A stretch of 63,683 nt of DNA, filler included, from Barthelona sp. PAP020 (taxonomy: Eukaryota): the NCBI GenBank assembly GCA_040182905.1. It is 12 parts of 12 records of this genome, joined end to end, with 100 filler letters (N's around TTAATTAATTAA, not from the genome) between each part and the next. Parts side by side here need not be neighbours in the genome. Positions count along the whole stretch, not along the records: positions 53,355 to 58,475 come from JARQWU010000625.1; positions 58,576 to 63,683 come from JARQWU010000626.1; 10 more parts are not named here. The stretch is one strand, 5' to 3'. Every line of letters starts with the position of its first letter. The first letter of the stretch is position 1. Positions 53,355-63,683 of this stretch are shown piece after piece. The position numbers and the translations under genes were made by a program. Under the pieces are notes generated by a model. The model did no database searches and was not told the origin of the DNA. It worked only from the letters and a program-made list of their open reading frames with translations.

Positions 53355-55115
53355 GGCGATAACAAGACAGGGTCTGTCAAAATAGTTCTTCGCAAAATGT
53401 TTTAAAGCAGATATTTCACTTGCGGTTATTGCGCCAGTCATGACAAATATGATCAATTGAGGGTTAGAAGTGTTCAAATTAACATCTAAAGTTTCTTTGG
53501 TAAGATTATGTTCTTCCTTTAATCTAGTAAGGTCTCTTAATTTTCTTGGAAGATCATTTTCAAAGAGTAGACTTTGTAAAAATGAAATAAAAATTGGATT
53601 AAAACCATCAAAATAACTGTATTTTGATGAAATACCAGAAAGATCAGAACCATCAATCAACTCTTCATAATCTTCAGACAAAAGATTCATGTATGAAATG
53701 GGAAGATTAGATGGTTTAAATAACCCTACTTTGTTAAGCCTTTGAATTGTGATAAAGTGTTCATATCCATAACCCTGTGTGACCAAATCAGTATATTCCT
53801 GGAATCGGCGAGGATTCTTTTGAAATCCTCCCCATTGACCAAACAAACATCCACATCTTAAAATATATTCAAATTTCACATGCTTAATAATCATTCCCAT
53901 CAGTAAATTCCATGCTTCCTCAAAGTCAGTGAATAAAACAGATTGAAAGGATAACAGATCAAAGAAATTTCCATACTGCATGTACTCATTGAAAATATAT
54001 TTGTCCAACATGAAATGTTGTTCCAGTTGTTGTAATTTGGGGATACTAATATCTTTTTCATGCAAAAATGTAACGATGTTCTCCAAAGAATCAATGTCTT
54101 TCTTGTCAGGAATGACATCAGGCAATTCATCAACAGTTATTTTTATTTGTTTTTTTAAATATTCATGAATCGCCATATGATGACGATGTCTCACATCTTT
54201 AAAAATTTGGTCACTGTTGTTGTAAATTTTTTTCAGTTCTTTGTTCTGATTGTTGATTGCTTTTCCAGGAATCTTAAATAAGCCTCCGGATGAATGGAAT
54301 AATTCTGTCAGCAATCCTTCATATGTTGTTTGTATTAATAAGGGCGTTATCAAATCAATTGTTCTGTCAATCACAATCACTCTAGCAGGTGTGTATTGAC
54401 CAGTGGAAGAAGTGTCGAGTAAATTTTGAAAGATATCAGAATTCGTTTTGATCATGTTGTTAATCTGTCCATACAACATTTTGGATGATTCCCCAAGAAG
54501 TGTCCAATGTGAAATAATCCCATGTTGCCTCATAATTTTTAAAAGAACTTGTGATAGTCTGAAAATTGGGTCAAATGTTGGTGTAATATAAGAGTCAACA
54601 AATGAATTAACGTTGTTTGTCACAATTAAATAATCTTCAAGGGGAAGAAAAATATTCTCTTTTAAAGTCAAGATTGATTGAAGGTTTGCCAAAACAAAAC
54701 TCTTTAAATTGGTTTCAAAAGCAAAAGATGTCATTGGTAAGGGAAGAAAATGAAACTTAAAGGAATTACCCTCTTTAGGCATACAATTCATCATAATATG
54801 TGAATGAAATGAACGTATATCAGCAATATCTTCTTGTCTATTGGAACAAATAACCAAAATATTGGAAGGTAGTTCTTCTGGAGGAACATGAGTAATAATT
54901 CCAATATGTGAACATCCAATTTGTCTCAATTCGTCCATGGATACTAAATTTAATATTAGATTGTTAAATGGAGAACAAAATATCAAAGCTAATGGTGAAG
55001 TTAACGAAGATATTGTATCTATTAATTCATGTCTTATTTTCCCTCGTAAATCTTTGGATATACCCAAACAGTCATCGGTTAAGTTGTTTAAATGAATTGG
55101 TAAATGGTTTGACAT
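53355..55115 (-). CDS. VPS33: Vps33 (Sec1/Munc18 family), 3'-truncated
   Basis: VIDRTIDLITPLLIQTTYEGLLTELF, QGYGYEH, FVMTGAITASEISAL. Confidence 0.85.
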
Positions 55116-55368
55116 ATCAAAGACGTAAAAAAAAAAGATATATGTTCAACTTATTTTATTTAGGGCTAAAGGAAACCCTTTTGAAACACTAAATCTGCAA
55201 GGATTAAAAAAAAATCCTGAAAAACTAATTTGTTTGAAAGAATTCAAAAAGACCATTTTATAACTATTAACAGGTAAAAATTGATCATTAAATAAAAGAT
55301 TGAAGAAGAAATTACGAATAAAAAATGAAGGAAGCCACTTTTCATTATTTCTATTCATTGTTAATTTG

Positions 55369-56313
55369 ATGAGACATTTAAAATTAGCAGTACACAAGAG
55401 ACCATGTACTAACGTACATTTCAATACTGAGGGCGATCTTTTGTTTAGTTCTTCAAAAGACGGAACTGTATCAATTTGGAAGAGTGAAACTGGTGAATAT
55501 TGTGGATTTATTGATAATGAAAGTATTGCAATTAATTCGTTTGTTCCAATGGAAGATTTAAGAATTATATTTTGTGATTTAAATGGTTTGCATGTTCACT
55601 CTATTGAAACTAATGAAGAAATGCAATTATATGAATGTAATGGACCCAATATGTTGGTTTTAGGCAAATGTGAAGAATATTTAGCGGCATCTTTTAAGAT
55701 TAAAAAGGAATTTTTCATTAAAGTTTTTAAGTTTAATCGCCTTTCATCTGAACCAATTGGAGAAATTTTAGCTGAATTGAAATTTGATAGAAAAATTACT
55801 TCATTTACTTGGGGACCTTTAAATAAATATATTGTTGTTGGATTTAATGACGGTTCATTAAAGTTCATTGACCCTTTAAGCGGTGAAATTATAACAGAGA
55901 TGCATGCTCATTCCGATGAAGTTACCACGCTTGTTCTTAGCCAAAACGATGGATGTTTGATTTCCGGTTCATTGGACAGAACTATTAAATTATATGACTC
56001 AAGGGAATTTACGATGCTTAGAAGTTTTTCTGTTGATCTTCCTGTGAGAGGCGTTGCTATTTATGCTCCTAAAAATCTTTTGATAGTCGTCGGAGGTGCG
56101 GGTGATATCACTGATGTTGCTTTGACACAATCTGCTCAAGAATTTATGCCCAGAATTTATGATTTATTTTCCGGTAAGAAAATTACCCAAATCGATTCTG
56201 GTCATTTTGGGCCTTTGCATGAAGTTAGAGTCCATCCCTGTGAAACCGGTTTTTGTTGTTGTTCTGAAGATGGTTACAGCTCTATTTTCTATTTTGACCA
56301 AAATGATGAATAA
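55369..56313 (+). CDS. EIF3I: Translation initiation factor eIF3 subunit i (WD40)
   Basis: HKRPCTNVHFNTEGDLLFSSSKD and GHFGPLHEVRVHP...EDGY. Confidence 0.85.
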   Translation: MRHLKLAVHKRPCTNVHFNTEGDLLFSSSKDGTVSIWKSETGEYCGFIDNESIAINSFVPMEDLRIIFCDLNGLHVHSIETNEEMQLYECNGPNMLVLGKCEEYLAASFKIKKEFFIKVFKFNRLSSEPIGEILAELKFDRKITSFTWGPLNKYIVVGFNDGSLKFIDPLSGEIITEMHAHSDEVTTLVLSQNDGCLISGSLDRTIKLYDSREFTMLRSFSVDLPVRGVAIYAPKNLLIVVGGAGDITDVALTQSAQEFMPRIYDLFSGKKITQIDSGHFGPLHEVRVHPCETGFCCCSEDGYSSIFYFDQNDE

Positions 56314-56548
56314 TTTTATTCGCAATGTTATAAAATTGATTGACTTTTGTTTTTCCAAATTAAGAAACACAAAAAAGGCTTTGGTTCAATTGCAAACAAA
56401 TACACTTTGGAAAATGACCAATCATACAATAAAAGAATTGAAAATATCAAAATTGGGATACAAGAATTGACAGTGGAAATTCAACATGTAGATCAAATCT
56501 GAACACATTTGGAGCTTGTATCTTGGAAATAAAAATGAAAACAAAAAT

Positions 56549-57172
56549 TTATAACATGTTTTTTTTGAGAATAAATTGTTTGACCGCATTTTTGGAGTCA
56601 GCAAACATTTCAGAATGATGGGCATTAATAATTCCCTTGAAATCTTTTTTTATCAACTCTAATTGTAAATGAGATTTTTCTAACATATCTTCAGTTTGTT
56701 GCAGATGTTCGATGTTTGTATTTTGCTTATTTTCTATTTTCTTTACATAGTCATTCAAGTCTTGTGATGTTTTATTCTCAATGTCAGTTTTAAACTCTTC
56801 AAATTCAATACTTTGATCAAATAATGGTGCTTTTTTGGATTCACTTGAGTCATATGATCGATATTCATGCAACTCGTTTGGTATTTCAATTCCAATTTGC
56901 TGGAATGATGAAATATAATCTTTAATTTGATTACAATGATAAGAATTAACACTTTTCAAAGCGTTTTCTCTTCCAATATCCATCTTTTCACATTCATCTT
57001 GTTTTTTTCTCATAAAAGTTGTGATATATTCATTTAAATCCAAAAAAATGTCCATAACTATCTCTTCAACTGTGGTATCCTTGTACCTATCAAAATATTT
57101 GTCATAATTCTGTTTTAATGTATTACCAATCGCCTTGTGAACTTTAGCGAAATCATTTGAATAATTTGTCAT
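56549..57172 (-). CDS. Unknown coiled-coil protein
   Basis: ORF from ATG at 57172. Confidence 0.65.
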   Translation of the reverse strand: MTNYSNDFAKVHKAIGNTLKQNYDKYFDRYKDTTVEEIVMDIFLDLNEYITTFMRKKQDECEKMDIGRENALKSVNSYHCNQIKDYISSFQQIGIEIPNELHEYRSYDSSESKKAPLFDQSIEFEEFKTDIENKTSQDLNDYVKKIENKQNTNIEHLQQTEDMLEKSHLQLELIKKDFKGIINAHHSEMFADSKNAVKQFILKKNML

Positions 57173-57380
57173 GCGATTTTCATTATTTTTTGTGAAACGG
57201 AAAAACAATTACTATTTGAAAAACCGCCCAAATTCAAAAAACAAGACAAAGGGCTGTTTAATTGATAATTTATGATGAAACATACAAAAATTAATGTAAA
57301 AAGTACAAAAAGTTCAAAAATTTGCAAAAGATTGTCAAATATCAGGAAAGAAAAAAAGTTTCTTTAACTTATTTTTTTAA

Positions 57381-57545
57381 GTCGCTGATCACTTAATGTG
57401 ATCTTGGTCCATCGGGGAATGCCACGCACTTTTGACCCTACATGTCTACGGTGTGCCATGCCAGAATATTGCCCGTATACCTTAGTTGCTTCCAGGAAGC
57501 CAAACATTTGTTCAATATTTGTTTAGGTGCCAGCGTCGTCAAACA
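57381..57545. ncRNA. Candidate structured small RNA (class unassigned)
   Basis: GC-rich island in an AT-rich spacer; ends pair (CGCTG/CAGCG); internal hairpins. Confidence 0.4.
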
Positions 57546-57609
57546 ATCTTCAATCATAATTTACAATATTCAGTTTGAAAAAAAATAAACTTTTACTATT
57601 TCATGTTTT

Positions 57610-58473
57610 ATGTACTTGGATATTAAATTTGATTGTAATGAAACGATATTTGTTGAAATATTAAATATAATATCAAACATTAACCCCAAAAAAACATACA
57701 TTATTGCCGAAAATGAAAGTTTTGGATTGTGCCGAGTATCTAATGATTCTCTGTCATATTGGGCATATTTAGTTCCAGATTGTTGTTTTTTCAACTATGG
57801 AATGAGAACCAAGTCAGGACTTCCAATAGTTTTACAGTTAATTGCATCGAAAGATGCAAATAACATTTTAAGTGAATTTAAAACCCATAGAAATGCGCAT
57901 ACAGGAGTACGATTATCAACCAGACAAATAGGAATTCCAGCTTTGTGTTTTTCATTGATGGAAAGATCTTCAAATCAAGAAGTCAATTTTGACATTTCCG
58001 AATACGCTATTGTTAATGTTAGAAGGGCTGATATTATTCATGATATGCAAGAGCCTCCTCAAAGTCCTCCTGAAGAAACGATATCTTTAGATATTTCTTC
58101 AATAATATCTTATGTGTATAAATTACTCAGTAATCTTAATTTCCGTGAAGCAAAACATATCACGTTATCAATTGTGGCAACTTTGCACACCGCAACTTTA
58201 TTGTTGAAAGTTTCTAAGCCTCAATTTGAAACCAAATGGAAATTCGAAGATCTTCCCATATCTTTTGGAAAAGAAAACGCTGATCAACACCCTTTGGCTA
58301 TCTCTGTTTTAGTTTTTACCCAACAATTGTTAGACATGTTTAAAATTGCAAAGAAAAAATCTACCACTTCAATTTTGCATGTGAGTGAAGATTCTGTCAG
58401 AATGTACACTGAATTTCCTCAAAAAACAATTTTTACTTCATTAATTCATCCCATTGATCCTCTTGCGGTTTAA
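57610..58473 (+). CDS. HUS1: Hus1-like 9-1-1 checkpoint clamp subunit
   Basis: SYWAYL...FFNYGM...IVLQL...VRLSTRQ.GIPAL...DMQEP parallels Hus1; PCNA-like length. Confidence 0.65.
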   Translation: MYLDIKFDCNETIFVEILNIISNINPKKTYIIAENESFGLCRVSNDSLSYWAYLVPDCCFFNYGMRTKSGLPIVLQLIASKDANNILSEFKTHRNAHTGVRLSTRQIGIPALCFSLMERSSNQEVNFDISEYAIVNVRRADIIHDMQEPPQSPPEETISLDISSIISYVYKLLSNLNFREAKHITLSIVATLHTATLLLKVSKPQFETKWKFEDLPISFGKENADQHPLAISVLVFTQQLLDMFKIAKKKSTTSILHVSEDSVRMYTEFPQKTIFTSLIHPIDPLAV

Positions 58474-58575
58474 GTNNNNNNNNNNNNNNNNNNNNNNNNN
58501 NNNNNNNNNNNNNNNNNNNTTAATTAATTAANNNNNNNNNNNNNNNNNNNNNNNNNNNNNNNNNNNNNNNNNNNN

Positions 58576-58770
58576 ATATAAAGGATCTCCTTTGTGAATG
58601 AAATCCAATAATTTCCCTTGTAAAGCAAAAAGGGATGCATAACCAGCAAACATAGTCATAGTAAAAACCATAGCTGAAGGATAAACTTCATTGGGATCAG
58701 TTTTCTCTTTTTCATCAAAAATAATATCACTTGGATCAACATTCAAAAGAGTTTTGGTTTCACTTGACAT
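58576..58770 (-). CDS. Membrane protein N-terminus (possibly CLN3/Battenin-like), 3'-truncated
   Basis: AMVFTMTMFAGYASLFALQGKL transmembrane segment. Confidence 0.45.
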
Positions 58771-59296
58771 TTTTAAATGATTGGGAAAAAGAAAAAAAGA
58801 TGACGTTTTATCTCATTTCATTCTCAAATAGAAAATGGGCAAAAATATTTATCAAAATATTTTTGGGATTTTGTTTGATGCTTTATTTGATTTTCTATGC
58901 TAAAGTTAATGATAGATGTGAAATATAATGACATGTTTTATTCTCTTTTTGTCAAAAAAAAAAGGAGAAATTTTATCATAATTTTATGATTGGAAATATA
59001 AATTAAATTTGTTATAATCAATTGGAGGATGATAAACAAAGTTTGGAGATTTTTTGAAATTAATATATTTATTTTTTTTTTGTGTATTGATTGTTTTCTT
59101 TTTTTTATGATATCTCAACTATAAAATTTTTAAACTTTGATCAATTCGAAAATTAAAATTGGTTCACAATAAAAAAAAAAAAAAAAATGTGAGTAAATAA
59201 TTTCTCTTTTTTTGTTTATTTAATTTCTTTTAAAAAATGTATGATGTAGAAAGCCAAATTGAAACCAAAAAGAATATATTAAGATAAAAGATGTGT

Positions 59297-62200
59297 TTAA
59301 AGATATAAAAAGCTGTGGGTGTGTTTTTGTCTAGAACCATCATCCCCAAACTTCTCATTCCATTGTCTTAGTTCTTGAATACTTTGACTGTCTTCACTAA
59401 CGGAACTACTAACTTTCTTTAAGGCCTTTTTGAAATCTTCAAAGCATAAATCTCTCAACGCAAATTTGACATCTGACTGAACTCTACGAATCTCATTTGT
59501 AATATCTGTCTTTCTATCTAACAAGGTACGCAATTCAATATCTTTCTTTTCATTGTCTTCATCATTTGATAATTCATCAGCAGCATTTTCAATTTCACTT
59601 GATTGAACCAATTTTAGCAAGCGTTTCCAACGAGGTTCCTTTTCATTTGCTTGAGTTTTGTTGGTTTCTTCTTCAATATATTCTTGAATAGGAATATGAG
59701 CTGCAGTTTGACATAATACATTCAAATCGGATCCTGTAAAGCGTTCAGTTAACTTTGAGATTTCTTCAACAGGTAATTTATTAGCAGCTTTACCCAATAA
59801 TACCTGCAAAATTTGAATACGATTCTCTGTAGAAGGTAAATCAACAAGGATACGTCTGGACAATCGTCTTAAAACTGCATCATCAAGATCAAAAGGGCGA
59901 TTTGTAGCAGCAAGAATAACAACAGGAGCAGAACTTTGATTATTTAAACCATCCCATTGTGACATAAACTCATTTTTCATTTTCCTCATCGCTTCATGCT
60001 CATGAGATCTATCACGAGAAGACAAAAGTGCATCAACTTCATCCACAAAGATAACAGTTGGAGCTAAAGCTCTGGCAACCTTGAATAAAGCACGAACAAA
60101 ACGTTCAGCATCTCCTAACCATTTGGACATCAAAGATGATGGAGAAATAGACAAGAATGTTGCACGTGATTCAGTTGCAACAGCTTTAGCTAAAAAGGTT
60201 TTACCTGTACCAGGAGGACCAAACAACAAAATACCCTTAGTCATTCCAGTGAGTTTTGATTGTTGATATAATTGGGGCTTTTTCAAAGGTAAAACCAATT
60301 GCTCAATCAAAAGTTCCTTCACTTTTTCCAAAGCACCAATATCATTAAACGAAACACCTAAATCTCCAGGTAATTTGACTTCAGCCAACATTGATTTTTC
60401 GAACTTGTTGCTGGGTTCAAATCCAGACAATCTATCTTTTCTCGATTGAGTTGGATCCGCTTCTGAAAACAATGCGAAGAAGTCATCATAAGACATCATT
60501 GATAAGTCTGAAAAAGTGGAGGCGACATACTGTGAAGTTTCTCTTTTCAATTTGAAATGGAAGAAATAAGCAGCTTCTAACGTTTCCAACAGAATCAAAG
60601 GCGATCTATCCATGAAACCATGACTTCTTCTTCTAAGAATTCCCCGAGTTTTTGTTGATGACTCCCAAATGATAATTTGATTATCTTTATAATCAACAAT
60701 ATATGCATCGTTTGAAGAATCCTTGGCATTTTCAAAGGAGGCAGGTAATGAAGATGAAATGACATCCCTTGTATCTTTTGCAGCAGCAGTTTCAACTAAA
60801 ACAAAGTCATTAAAGGAAAGATCGTCGTCATCTTCAAGGTTTTCAATTTCGTTTCTGGGATTATCCACATAAATTAAATTACCCGTTTCACACTCTTTCG
60901 ATAAAGATGATAAAAGTACTTCTTTGTGAACTGAATAATCTATTTTGCCAATTTTGAAAAGATTCAGTAATCTGGGGTTCTTTTGAACAATAGCATAGAA
61001 AGATTCAAGGTTTCCATAATCAGTAACTTCATTTTCATCCACTGTATAAGACAGAGTAATTTGAGATTGAGCACAAGCTTTTTGAAGTGACTCAAGATTC
61101 TCCTTTAAATTTGCTTCTTCCCTATCTCTTGTCAATCTGAGATTCCACAACTTTAATTCCTTGTTATTATTCTCTAAAGGCTTTAATATGTGCAAAAATC
61201 TAGGGAAAACTGTCAGAATGCTTGAAAAAGCTGTTCTTGAAGAAGCGGGTAAAATGTTCAAATCATCAAAAAAATCAATAAAGGGCAATCCCATACCACC
61301 CAAAGAATCTAATTTTCCAAAACGAGGAGTATTTGGTTCTTTGTCATTAACCAATTTTCCATGCATAGATGAATGTATAGAACCAATGTAAAGGAAGGGG
61401 TAGTCTTCAAAAGTGTCAAAACATTTCTTGAAACTACGAGACAAAGAAGGAACCAACAGATCATCAATATCAGGCACATGTAACACTAATGGTTTTGGTT
61501 GTGACGATTGATCCTCGAAATGGTGTGAAAGATACTTTTCTAACATATTTAACTTCTCTTCAATGATATACTCACTAATTGTAGTGTTAGGACGATGTAA
61601 ATTTAAGATGGGAACATAAGAACAACATTTATTGGAAAAAATTCCACAGCATGAATGACTTTCAATGTCTTCATATTCTTCAACCCATTTAACACCAACT
61701 ATGAAAGGATTATCTGGGAAAACTTCACAAACTACACCAACAGAGTCAACAGGCGGCATTTCATGGCTTTTGCAAATAAAGTCGGTTCCAATCAATTGAG
61801 GAGAATACAAACTTATCTCGTTCAATTCAAGACCATTTGCATCAGTGATTGTTGGAGAGCCAGTAAATAAACTAATCTCTGTTTCGACTTTTTGATTGTC
61901 TTTAAACAAATCATTTTTGTTATTTCTTAAAGAAAAACTCCTCAATCCCTTGAATGGTTGAAGATATGGTTTGCTCATCACTCTTGGACTGCGGAAATTT
62001 TTTGCTTCTTTTGAACGGAAAATAACTCGATCACCCAAACGATAGATTGGACTCATTTTGTGAACAAAAGCATTTGGCAGTCCATTTTCACCAGAACTGT
62101 CATTCTTTGCACCGTTTTTAACCTTATCAAGATATTCCATAAAAGGTGCAGGATTGGCAGCAGAAAATGGACTCAACCCGGGACTTAAATCAGGGCTCAT

Positions 62201-63550
62201 ATTAGGGCTGAATTGGTTCTCATTGTCATCTCCATTTTCATCATCACCCATCTCTTCACCATCACTGAAAGGACTTTTGCCATTTCCAATAAAGGGAGAA
62301 TCGGCAAGTATGATATTGAAGGTACGACTAGTTTTGTTTTCAACTGCTTTAGTTCTATTTTTCAATTTGCTACGAACAACATCCACAGCGGGAGTTAAAG
62401 TAGGTAGTCTGTAACCCGACTCGTTGAAAGAAATGGCATCATCCATTTTATATCTCTTGGCTAATTGAACAAATTTCTTATTCATAGAAACGCAAGCATT
62501 CCTGTAAGATAATTCAGTAAAACCATCCTCGTAACGATGTCTGCCTTCCTCAACAACTGGATGTTCATCATTTTCATCTGAAAAGAATTTCTTATCCAAA
62601 CGAAGCACTTCAGCATCATATTTATTTGCTAAAGCATCAATCAAATTGTTGGAATATTTCTGAGAATGTTCAGGACCATATAAAACCATTCCTTGATGGA
62701 CACCAAGACTTTCTCTGAGTTGTTGAGGAACAGAATTGTCCTTTCCAAGAGTCTTCAAGAAAATATTAGCAGGAATTTGTAGATCTTCCTTGACCAATGG
62801 AGAAAGGAAATAAGGAAAGTCTTCAAATGTCATATCAGGTTTAGAAAGCAGGTTTTCAAGGGTTTCATCAAAATCTAGCTCTTTTTCAGCTTGAATCCAA
62901 AAATATTTCTTCAATAGTATGCTGAAAAATTCATTATTCATAGAATAACCTTCCGTCAATAATTTTTGGAACAGATAGCGGTCATCTATTGTAAACAAAC
63001 GTAACATAAAGTTGTTTCCTATAATATCTCCCGAAAATAAACTGAAAAAGTTGGTTTCATTTGAAGGCCTTTGAAAATTCAAGAAAAAATTCGAATTTAC
63101 GTTGTTCCAAGGAATTGGCGATTCAACGATTAAATCTAATTCAACGACACGAAAATCTATGATGCATTTTGACAAAAAAAGGATGGAAGGGTCAAAAATT
63201 TCTTCGAAATTTTCAACTTCACTATTATCCTTTTTGTCAGTCATATCAACATTAGAGGAAGATTTAGGATCTAAATATAACAAACGACAACAATTTTTCG
63301 TACTTTGTTGTATTATTAAAATTCTTTTTGAAGAATCGTTTTTTTCATCTGGAAAAATTTCAGATAAAATACCAACAATCACATCAGTAGTTTGTATTTC
63401 ATAATCTTTAGGTAAGAAAAAGTGTGGATGATCAGAGATATCCTGTGTTTTTGTACTAACAGTTGATTTTGTAGGAGATGTTTCTGGACCACGTTTTAAA
63501 GGACCTTTACGTCTATTTGGACGTATTCTATTCAATTTTTTGGAAACCAT
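59297..63550 (-). CDS. Long ATAD1/MSP1-related AAA ATPase (plant long-form type)
   Basis: VSFNDIGALEKVK, GILLFGPPGTGKT, IFVDEVD, EHEAMRKMKNEF, ATNRPFDLD, ELRQWNEKFGDDGSR. Confidence 0.9.
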   Translation of the reverse strand: MVSKKLNRIRPNRRKGPLKRGPETSPTKSTVSTKTQDISDHPHFFLPKDYEIQTTDVIVGILSEIFPDEKNDSSKRILIIQQSTKNCCRLLYLDPKSSSNVDMTDKKDNSEVENFEEIFDPSILFLSKCIIDFRVVELDLIVESPIPWNNVNSNFFLNFQRPSNETNFFSLFSGDIIGNNFMLRLFTIDDRYLFQKLLTEGYSMNNEFFSILLKKYFWIQAEKELDFDETLENLLSKPDMTFEDFPYFLSPLVKEDLQIPANIFLKTLGKDNSVPQQLRESLGVHQGMVLYGPEHSQKYSNNLIDALANKYDAEVLRLDKKFFSDENDEHPVVEEGRHRYEDGFTELSYRNACVSMNKKFVQLAKRYKMDDAISFNESGYRLPTLTPAVDVVRSKLKNRTKAVENKTSRTFNIILADSPFIGNGKSPFSDGEEMGDDENGDDNENQFSPNMSPDLSPGLSPFSAANPAPFMEYLDKVKNGAKNDSSGENGLPNAFVHKMSPIYRLGDRVIFRSKEAKNFRSPRVMSKPYLQPFKGLRSFSLRNNKNDLFKDNQKVETEISLFTGSPTITDANGLELNEISLYSPQLIGTDFICKSHEMPPVDSVGVVCEVFPDNPFIVGVKWVEEYEDIESHSCCGIFSNKCCSYVPILNLHRPNTTISEYIIEEKLNMLEKYLSHHFEDQSSQPKPLVLHVPDIDDLLVPSLSRSFKKCFDTFEDYPFLYIGSIHSSMHGKLVNDKEPNTPRFGKLDSLGGMGLPFIDFFDDLNILPASSRTAFSSILTVFPRFLHILKPLENNNKELKLWNLRLTRDREEANLKENLESLQKACAQSQITLSYTVDENEVTDYGNLESFYAIVQKNPRLLNLFKIGKIDYSVHKEVLLSSLSKECETGNLIYVDNPRNEIENLEDDDDLSFNDFVLVETAAAKDTRDVISSSLPASFENAKDSSNDAYIVDYKDNQIIIWESSTKTRGILRRRSHGFMDRSPLILLETLEAAYFFHFKLKRETSQYVASTFSDLSMMSYDDFFALFSEADPTQSRKDRLSGFEPSNKFEKSMLAEVKLPGDLGVSFNDIGALEKVKELLIEQLVLPLKKPQLYQQSKLTGMTKGILLFGPPGTGKTFLAKAVATESRATFLSISPSSLMSKWLGDAERFVRALFKVARALAPTVIFVDEVDALLSSRDRSHEHEAMRKMKNEFMSQWDGLNNQSSAPVVILAATNRPFDLDDAVLRRLSRRILVDLPSTENRIQILQVLLGKAANKLPVEEISKLTERFTGSDLNVLCQTAAHIPIQEYIEEETNKTQANEKEPRWKRLLKLVQSSEIENAADELSNDEDNEKKDIELRTLLDRKTDITNEIRRVQSDVKFALRDLCFEDFKKALKKVSSSVSEDSQSIQELRQWNEKFGDDGSRQKHTHSFLYL

Positions 63551-63683
63551 TTTTTAATTGAAACAATAGGAAACAAAAAACAAAAAAAAAAATAATATTT
63601 GGTCTCATCAAATAAGTTTTCATTTACGTTTATAGACGCCCTGATTATCGTAACAGAGAGAGATAATCACATACGTAGACAAA

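Noticed and set aside
256..63550. Genome-wide TAA/TAG=Gln genetic code
   Set aside because: Conserved genes end at TAA, TAG and TGA at the expected positions, and ORFs over 1000 codons contain no internal TAA/TAG.
63654..63660. ACAGAGA as a U6 snRNA box
   Set aside because: No AGC triad/ISL or other U6 context follows.

Overview
Very AT-rich, gene-dense, intron-poor eukaryotic DNA. By inference it comes from a flagellated, probably anaerobic, metamonad-like protist: it carries ODA-docking, centrin-3 and LRRC45-like genes plus a prokaryote-type Fe-ADH and glucokinase. The window is not contiguous. It is 12 contigs of about 5.1-5.3 kb, sorted by decreasing length and joined by artificial 100-nt N44-TTAATTAATTAA-N44 linkers, so neighbours across linkers are not linked. 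It holds about 45 complete or partial CDS, including Cbf5, RPS10, eIF3i, Vps33, TRAPPC11, Hus1, PNKP, AMPK-beta, a PHO80-type cyclin, Aladin, an ATAD1-like AAA ATPase and Rrp5/Dbp6/USP/RING fragments, and one tRNA-Lys(UUU). Most notable observations: (1) single in-frame TAA codons, including one at the expected Gln position of an otherwise intact CCDC151-like gene; (2) three short introns sharing a fixed CTAAY-N5-WAG branch/3' splice module; (3) a C-terminal module shared by unrelated ARM and WD40 repeat proteins; (4) a ~320-bp dispersed repeat family forming nested inverted repeats; (5) a degenerate glucokinase, a Thermococcales-like Fe-ADH, a V-ATPase c'' pseudogene and two GC-rich structured non-coding islands. 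All homology calls come from recalled motifs; no database search was run.
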